From an uncultured Chloroflexia bacterium (GTDB lineage Bacteria > Chloroflexota > Limnocylindria > Limnocylindrales > CSP1-4): DNA of 64,000 nucleotides. The translations under genes were made by a program, and so were the position numbers. The stretch lies in contig CAWFXA010000002.1 of the NCBI GenBank assembly GCA_963819655.1, forward strand, positions 352,001 through 416,000. Direction: 5' to 3'. This document shows, piece by piece, positions 59,119 through 64,000 of this stretch. A model generated the notes under the pieces. It had not been told where the DNA came from. It saw only the letters and a list, made by a program, of their open reading frames with translations, and made no database searches. Within the stretch, counting starts at the first letter, position 1, and the number at the start of each line of letters is the position of its first letter.

Positions 59119-59775
59119 ATGCGGTTCGAGGACGTCGAGGAGCGGCTGGCAGTCCTGCCGGATCCGCTCCCGGCGCCGCTCGACGCTCTGATGCCGGTCC
59201 CACTCGACGGGGTCGAGCGGCGCTTCAGCCTCCCGACCGAGGCGACGCCGGGCCGCCCGGCAGCGGTCCTCGTCCTGCTGTACCCGGATACCACGCGCGA
59301 GGCGCGGGTCGTCCTCATCGAGCGCCCGACGGTCGACGACCGCCATCACTCAGGGGAGGTGAGCTTCCCCGGTGGCAAGGCGGAGCCGGAGGATGACGAC
59401 GCGACAGCCACGGCGCTGCGCGAGGCCACCGAGGAGGTGGGCCTCGACGCCGACGCCGCGGGTGTCCGGGTCGTCGGCCAGCTCGAGCGCTTCTGGATCC
59501 CGGTCAGCGATTTCGCGGTCACGCCGATCGTCGCACTCGCGGCCCGGCGGCCGACGCTGGTCGCTGCTCCGGCCGAGGTCGTGCGTATCCTCGAGCCTTC
59601 GGTCGACACCTTCCTCCCAGACGCGCCTCTGGCGATGGTGGAGCGCACGATCCGTGGGTGGCCGTTGCGCTACGGCCAGTACGAGGTCGACGGGCTGTCG
59701 GTGTGGGGCATGACCGCGCGCGTCCTCAGCCAGCTCGGGGCGGTGCTGGGGAGCCAGATCGTCAAGGGTCGCTGA
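59119..59775 (+). CDS. Nudix CoA pyrophosphatase
   Basis: AAVLVLL, HSGEVSFPGG, ALREATEEVG, WGMTA. Confidence 0.92.
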   Translation: MRFEDVEERLAVLPDPLPAPLDALMPVPLDGVERRFSLPTEATPGRPAAVLVLLYPDTTREARVVLIERPTVDDRHHSGEVSFPGGKAEPEDDDATATALREATEEVGLDADAAGVRVVGQLERFWIPVSDFAVTPIVALAARRPTLVAAPAEVVRILEPSVDTFLPDAPLAMVERTIRGWPLRYGQYEVDGLSVWGMTARVLSQLGAVLGSQIVKGR

Positions 59776-59835
59776 GAGCGACGCTGTCAGCGTGAGTGAC
59801 GCGACCGTGCCGGCACAACGGCCGTCGACAGCCGG

Positions 59836-59861
59836 GGAACCGTAGCGGACCCTCGGGCGTC
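59836..59861 (+). promoter_or_regulatory. putative ECF sigma promoter
   Basis: GGAACC-N16-CGTC upstream of the VWA lipoprotein. Confidence 0.55.
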
Positions 59862-59979
59862 GAAGTGGCGGCCCGACGGCGCACTTGTGGCGGCCCAAGG
59901 GACCTGCGTGACCACCCTGGTGGTCCCGCCCAAGTGCCCGGGTGCCGGTCCCCATGGCATCCGGACGGGAGGTCGCGCG

Positions 59980-61500
59980 ATGCGCACGCCACTCCTGTCC
60001 CTGGTCGCCGTCGCCCTCGTGGCGAGCGCGTGTTCCGGGACCTCGTCCACCGGCAACCCCGGTCCCTCATCGGCACCCGGCCACCACCTGCCGACGGACG
60101 CTCCATGGCCGGGTGAGCCCCAACCGACGCCGTATGACGGCGTGACCTACCAGGATCCCGGCGTCAACCCGTATGTCGATCCGGTCGAAGATCGCGTATC
60201 GACCTTCGCGCTCGACGTCGACACCGCGTCCTACACCATCGCCCAGCGTTACATCGACGACGGCTTCCGGCCCGATCCGGCCAGCGTCCGTGTCGAGGAA
60301 TGGATCAACGCCTTCGAGCAGGGCTATGCGCCGCCGCTCGACGACACGTTCGCGATCGTCGCCGATGGCGGCCCGACCCCGTTCACGGACCGCGACGAGG
60401 TCCTGTTGCGCATCGGGCTGCAGGCCCGCGACGTGCGCGACCGCGCACGGGCGGACACCGCGCTCACGTTCGTGATCGACACCTCTGGGTCGATGGAGCG
60501 CGATGGTCGGCTGGAGCTCGTCAAGGACGCGCTCGCTCGACTCGTCGACGGCCTCGACCGCGACGACAGCGTCGCGATCGTCACGTTCGGCGACGAGGGC
60601 CGTGTCCTCCTCCAGCCGACCCACGCCACGGACCGCGACGAGATCCTCCACGTGATCGGGCAGCTCCGGCCGGGCGGCTCGACGAACCTCGAACATGGGC
60701 TGCGGCTCGGCTACGAGCTGGCCCGCTCGTCGATGACCGAGAACGGCATCGACCGCGTCGTGCTCGCGTCCGACGGCGTCGCCAACGTCGGCTTGACCGA
60801 CCCCGAGGGCATCCTCGGCAGCATCCGACGCGATGCGGCGGCCGGCATCGAACTCGTCTCGGTCGGTGTCGGGATGGGGAATTTCAACGACGTCCTGCTC
60901 GAGCAGCTGGCGGACCAGGGCGACGGGTTCTACGCCTACGTGAACGGTCCCGACGAGGCGTACCGCTTGTTCTCGGAGGACCTGACCGGCACCCTCCAGA
61001 CGGTCGCGCTCGACGCCCGTGCACAGGTCGAGTTCGATGCGAGCGCCGTCGCCGCCTACCGGCTGGTCGGCTACGAGAACCGCGACATGGCCGACCGTGA
61101 CTTCACGAACGACAGCGTCAACGCGGGCGCGATCGGTGCGGGCCACAGCGTGACCGCACTGTACGCCGTGCGACTCAATGAAGACGTCGGCCGGCAGGGC
61201 CGCATCGCGACGGTCCGGCTGCGCTGGACCGATCCGGACGACGGCCGGGCCGACGAGGTTGCCCGCGAGATCCGCGCGAGCGATCTCGCCCGCTCGTTCC
61301 AGGCCACGGACCCGTTCTTCCGCTTCGATGCCGTGGTGGCGTCGACCGCGGAGGTGCTGCGCGGCAGCCCGTGGGCCGGGCACCTCGCGCTGGGCGACGT
61401 GGCCGAGGTCGCCTTTCACGAGGCCGCGGGCCTCCCACCGACCGATGAGGTGCATGCCTTCCTGGATCTGCTCGACCGCCTGGCCCGTATGGACGGGTAG
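59980..61500 (+). CDS. von Willebrand factor A lipoprotein (YfbK-like)
   Basis: Lipobox ASAC, STFALDVDTASY, MIDAS DTSGS, SDGVANVG, YRLVGYENR. Confidence 0.9.
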   Translation: MRTPLLSLVAVALVASACSGTSSTGNPGPSSAPGHHLPTDAPWPGEPQPTPYDGVTYQDPGVNPYVDPVEDRVSTFALDVDTASYTIAQRYIDDGFRPDPASVRVEEWINAFEQGYAPPLDDTFAIVADGGPTPFTDRDEVLLRIGLQARDVRDRARADTALTFVIDTSGSMERDGRLELVKDALARLVDGLDRDDSVAIVTFGDEGRVLLQPTHATDRDEILHVIGQLRPGGSTNLEHGLRLGYELARSSMTENGIDRVVLASDGVANVGLTDPEGILGSIRRDAAAGIELVSVGVGMGNFNDVLLEQLADQGDGFYAYVNGPDEAYRLFSEDLTGTLQTVALDARAQVEFDASAVAAYRLVGYENRDMADRDFTNDSVNAGAIGAGHSVTALYAVRLNEDVGRQGRIATVRLRWTDPDDGRADEVAREIRASDLARSFQATDPFFRFDAVVASTAEVLRGSPWAGHLALGDVAEVAFHEAAGLPPTDEVHAFLDLLDRLARMDG

Positions 61501-61565
61501 GGCTTTCGCCGAATCCCTCCGCGGGTAGGGGCAGGAGGAGGCCCCGGCCCGCCGTCACGACCCGG

Positions 61566-62042
61566 TCAGGCCGGTTCGCCGGCCTCCGGGTCGTGACGTG
61601 TCTGGGACATGGTCGGCGCGAGCTCGCCGACCGCACGCTCGACCGGCCGGCCGAGCTGGACAGGACCGTCCACCACCCGCCCCTCGAGGATGTCCCGCAC
61701 GGGACTGTCGTCGGATCCCGCGAACTCGACCACGAACGCCCGCATCTCCGAATGTTCGGTCCACGCCGCGTGGGGCTGGTCGGCCGGCCACAGGACGGCC
61801 TCGCCGGCCGCGACCCGCGTGCGCTCCTCGCCGACACCGACCCACCCACCGCCCTCGATGACGATCAGCCACGACGTGTTCGGGTTGGTATGCGGCTCGA
61901 TGCGAGCACCGCGGGCGAAGGCGAGCTCAGTGACCGCACCGCGGCCGTCAGAGTGGATCGGCTGGCCGGTGACGCCGACGGTGCCCGGTGGGCCGTCCGG
62001 ACGCCGGTGCCCGACACCGAACCGGCGGACCTCGATCGGCAT
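61566..62042 (-). CDS. cupin domain protein
   Basis: PHTNP...VIEGGG...GEAVLWPADQPH. Confidence 0.85.
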   Translation of the reverse strand: MPIEVRRFGVGHRRPDGPPGTVGVTGQPIHSDGRGAVTELAFARGARIEPHTNPNTSWLIVIEGGGWVGVGEERTRVAAGEAVLWPADQPHAAWTEHSEMRAFVVEFAGSDDSPVRDILEGRVVDGPVQLGRPVERAVGELAPTMSQTRHDPEAGEPA

Positions 62043-62048
62043 CGCCGT

Positions 62049-62489
62049 CTAGCGTCGCCGGCGGCGCTGGCGACGGGGACCGACCCGCCGACGGATGGTC
62101 GCCTCGGGGTCGGCGAACTTCTGCTTCGTGAAGTAGCGCTGGCGGGCCAGCCGCTGCTCGTGCGCGCGCAGGATCGGCGGGAAGCGCCCGAAGCGGATCC
62201 AGACGAGGGTCGCGAGGCCGCTGATCTCGGTCGCCAGCACGAGGATGAAGTCGAACTGGAAGACGGCCTCGATCAGGAGGAGGCTGAAGGTGATCAGCCC
62301 CGTCCACCACAGCCACTCCCACAGATCGACGAAGGGCGGGTGCCGGTGGAGCGCCTTCGTGCGCACGTTGTACAGCACGATGAGGACGATCAGCAGGACC
62401 AGGGCGGCGATCCAGGTCGGGTAGAAGAGGTCCGCGAAGTTGCCGCTATTGAACGACAGGAACAGGTAGTCCCAGGGCGCCAGGGTCAC
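62049..62489 (-). CDS. small membrane protein with Arg-rich tail
   Basis: Three TM segments; GGAGG RBS before GTG. Confidence 0.75.
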   Translation of the reverse strand: MTLAPWDYLFLSFNSGNFADLFYPTWIAALVLLIVLIVLYNVRTKALHRHPPFVDLWEWLWWTGLITFSLLLIEAVFQFDFILVLATEISGLATLVWIRFGRFPPILRAHEQRLARQRYFTKQKFADPEATIRRRVGPRRQRRRRR

Positions 62490-62614
62490 AGGTGCCTCCC
62501 TGTGGGCGGGCAGGTCGGTTGGTCGCTTGGGGCCGAGTATGCCACGACGGACGCTATACTCGGCCGCAGCGGTCCGCCCCCGTCGGACGCGCGTGGGGAG
62601 GAGGAACGCCCGGG

Positions 62615-64000
62615 GTGCGTGCCCTGCTGTCAGTCGCGAACCGGGAGGGTATCGCGACGCTCGCCCGCGAGCTCCATGCCCTCGACGTGGAGATGTTCGC
62701 CACCGACGGCACGCGCGAGTTCCTCGCCGGCGAGGGCATCGACGTCGCCTCGGTCACCGACCTGACCGATGGCCAGCCGACGATCGGCGGGCAGGTCAAG
62801 ACATTCCACCATGCGGTCTACGCGGGGATCCTGGCACGTCGCGACGTCGACGAGCAGATGGCCGATCTCAAGACCCAGAACATCGCCCCGATCGACCTCG
62901 TGGTCGTCAACGTCAAGCCCTTCGCGCCGACCGTCGGGGCCAAGCTCGTCGGGCTCGATGAGGCGATCGAGATGATCGACGTCGGCGGCGCAGCGCTGCT
63001 CGGGGCGGCGGCCCGGAACTCGGCCGGCGTGGCCGCCGCGTCCGACCCGTCGCACTACGAACTGATCGTCGCCGAGCTCAAGGAGCTCGGACAGGTCAGT
63101 GCCGAGACGCGGGCGCGGCTGGCGGCCGAGGCGTTCAGCACGGTCGCCGCGTATCACGCCGAGATCGCGGCGTACCTCAACCAGATCTCGGGGAACACCT
63201 TCCCGCGCCGTCTTGCCCTGGTGCTCGAGAAGGTCGACGACCTGCGCTACGGCGAGAACCCGCACCAACGCGCGGCGTTCTATCGCGAGACCACCCACCG
63301 CAGCGCGACGCTGGCGGATGCCACGCAGCTGCAGGGCGGTCGACCGTCGTTCAACAACCTTCTCGACCTCGATGCGGCGTACCGGATCGCCCGTGACTAC
63401 ACAGCGCCGACCGTGACGATCGTGAAGCACACCGACCCCGTCGGGCTGGCGTCGCACGACGAGCTCGTCGAGGCGTATCGGCACGCCCTGGAGACCGACC
63501 CTGTTGCGTCGTTCGGCGGCATCGTCGGCGTGAACCGGGAGCTCGATGGCGCGACGGCGCGTGAGATCGCGGCGAACTCGTATGAGGCCGTCGTGGCGCC
63601 GGGCTTCAGCCAGGCGGCGCTCGGCATCCTCAAGGCCAAGGCCGGTCTGGAACTGCTGGCCGTGCCGCCCGACCCGACCGACGGGATGCGCGACTACGGC
63701 ATCGCCAGTCTCGACTTCAAGCGGGTGGCGGGTGGGCTGCTCGTCGAGGACCTCGACGACCTCGGCCTCGATCGCGGGCAGCTCCAGGTCGTGACCCGCC
63801 GCAGGCCGACCCTCGAGGAGCTCACCGACCTTCTGTTCGCGTGGCGGGCGGTCCGCCACGTCCGCTCGAACGCGATCGTGCTGGCACGCAACGGGTCCAC
63901 GGTCGGGATCGGCGCCGGTCAGGCGTCGCGCCAGGTGTCGGTCGAGATCGCGGTTCGGCGGGCGGGCGACCGCGCCAAGACCGCGGTCATGGCCGCGGAC
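62615..64000 (+). CDS. purH: PurH-like bifunctional AICAR transformylase/IMP cyclohydrolase (partial, divergent)
   Basis: Manual translation MRALLSV..VKT.H..IDLVVVN..LRYGENPHQ..KH..SNAIV..GAGQ; open to the window end; GGAGGAGG RBS. Confidence 0.88.
   Translation, partial: MRALLSVANREGIATLARELHALDVEMFATDGTREFLAGEGIDVASVTDLTDGQPTIGGQVKTFHHAVYAGILARRDVDEQMADLKTQNIAPIDLVVVNVKPFAPTVGAKLVGLDEAIEMIDVGGAALLGAAARNSAGVAAASDPSHYELIVAELKELGQVSAETRARLAAEAFSTVAAYHAEIAAYLNQISGNTFPRRLALVLEKVDDLRYGENPHQRAAFYRETTHRSATLADATQLQGGRPSFNNLLDLDAAYRIARDYTAPTVTIVKHTDPVGLASHDELVEAYRHALETDPVASFGGIVGVNRELDGATAREIAANSYEAVVAPGFSQAALGILKAKAGLELLAVPPDPTDGMRDYGIASLDFKRVAGGLLVEDLDDLGLDRGQLQVVTRRRPTLEELTDLLFAWRAVRHVRSNAIVLARNGSTVGIGAGQASRQVSVEIAVRRAGDRAKTAVMAAD

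Noticed and set aside
62490-62614. ZTP (pfl) riboswitch upstream of purH
   Set aside because: Consensus elements GACUGGCG and CGCCUGGG not found; the leader is short

Overview
High-GC bacterial chromosomal window. Gene content, leaderless genes and the HspR/APC-Trk modules fit Chloroflexota (Limnocylindria-like) or Actinomycetota, but the taxon cannot be fixed from the sequence alone. About 1-25 kb is an accessory mosaic: TetR/ArsR/LacI cassettes with clear palindromic operators, a beta-glucan utilisation locus (LacI, sugar ABC, GH1, GH16), an MFS transporter apparently fused to an ECF sigma region-4 domain next to a zinc-finger anti-sigma, a broken NarX/NarL-type two-component system with an orphan DctP lipoprotein, DyP and SRPBCC genes. 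About 25-64 kb is mostly core: a GNAT-NYN-holB-acyP operon, liv ABC, an FtsX-type ABC, hpt, csoR, rsmG with a KimA-like/USP/TrkA potassium module, an hspR-lon-dnaJ-clpB heat-shock operon, a VWA lipoprotein and a divergent, partial purH. Single-base frameshifts are frequent left of about 34.2 kb and were not seen to the right, probably sequencing indels. No rRNA, tRNA, CRISPR array or transposase was seen. Best leads: the MFS-sigma4/anti-sigma pair, a riboswitch-like leader upstream of rsmG-K+ transport, an NYN RNase with a degradosome-like tail, two unassigned PD-(D/E)XK-like proteins, an Hsp20-derived mini-ORF behind a variant HAIR operator, and a PurH with a degenerate cyclohydrolase site. 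All family calls come from reading motifs by eye; no searches were run.
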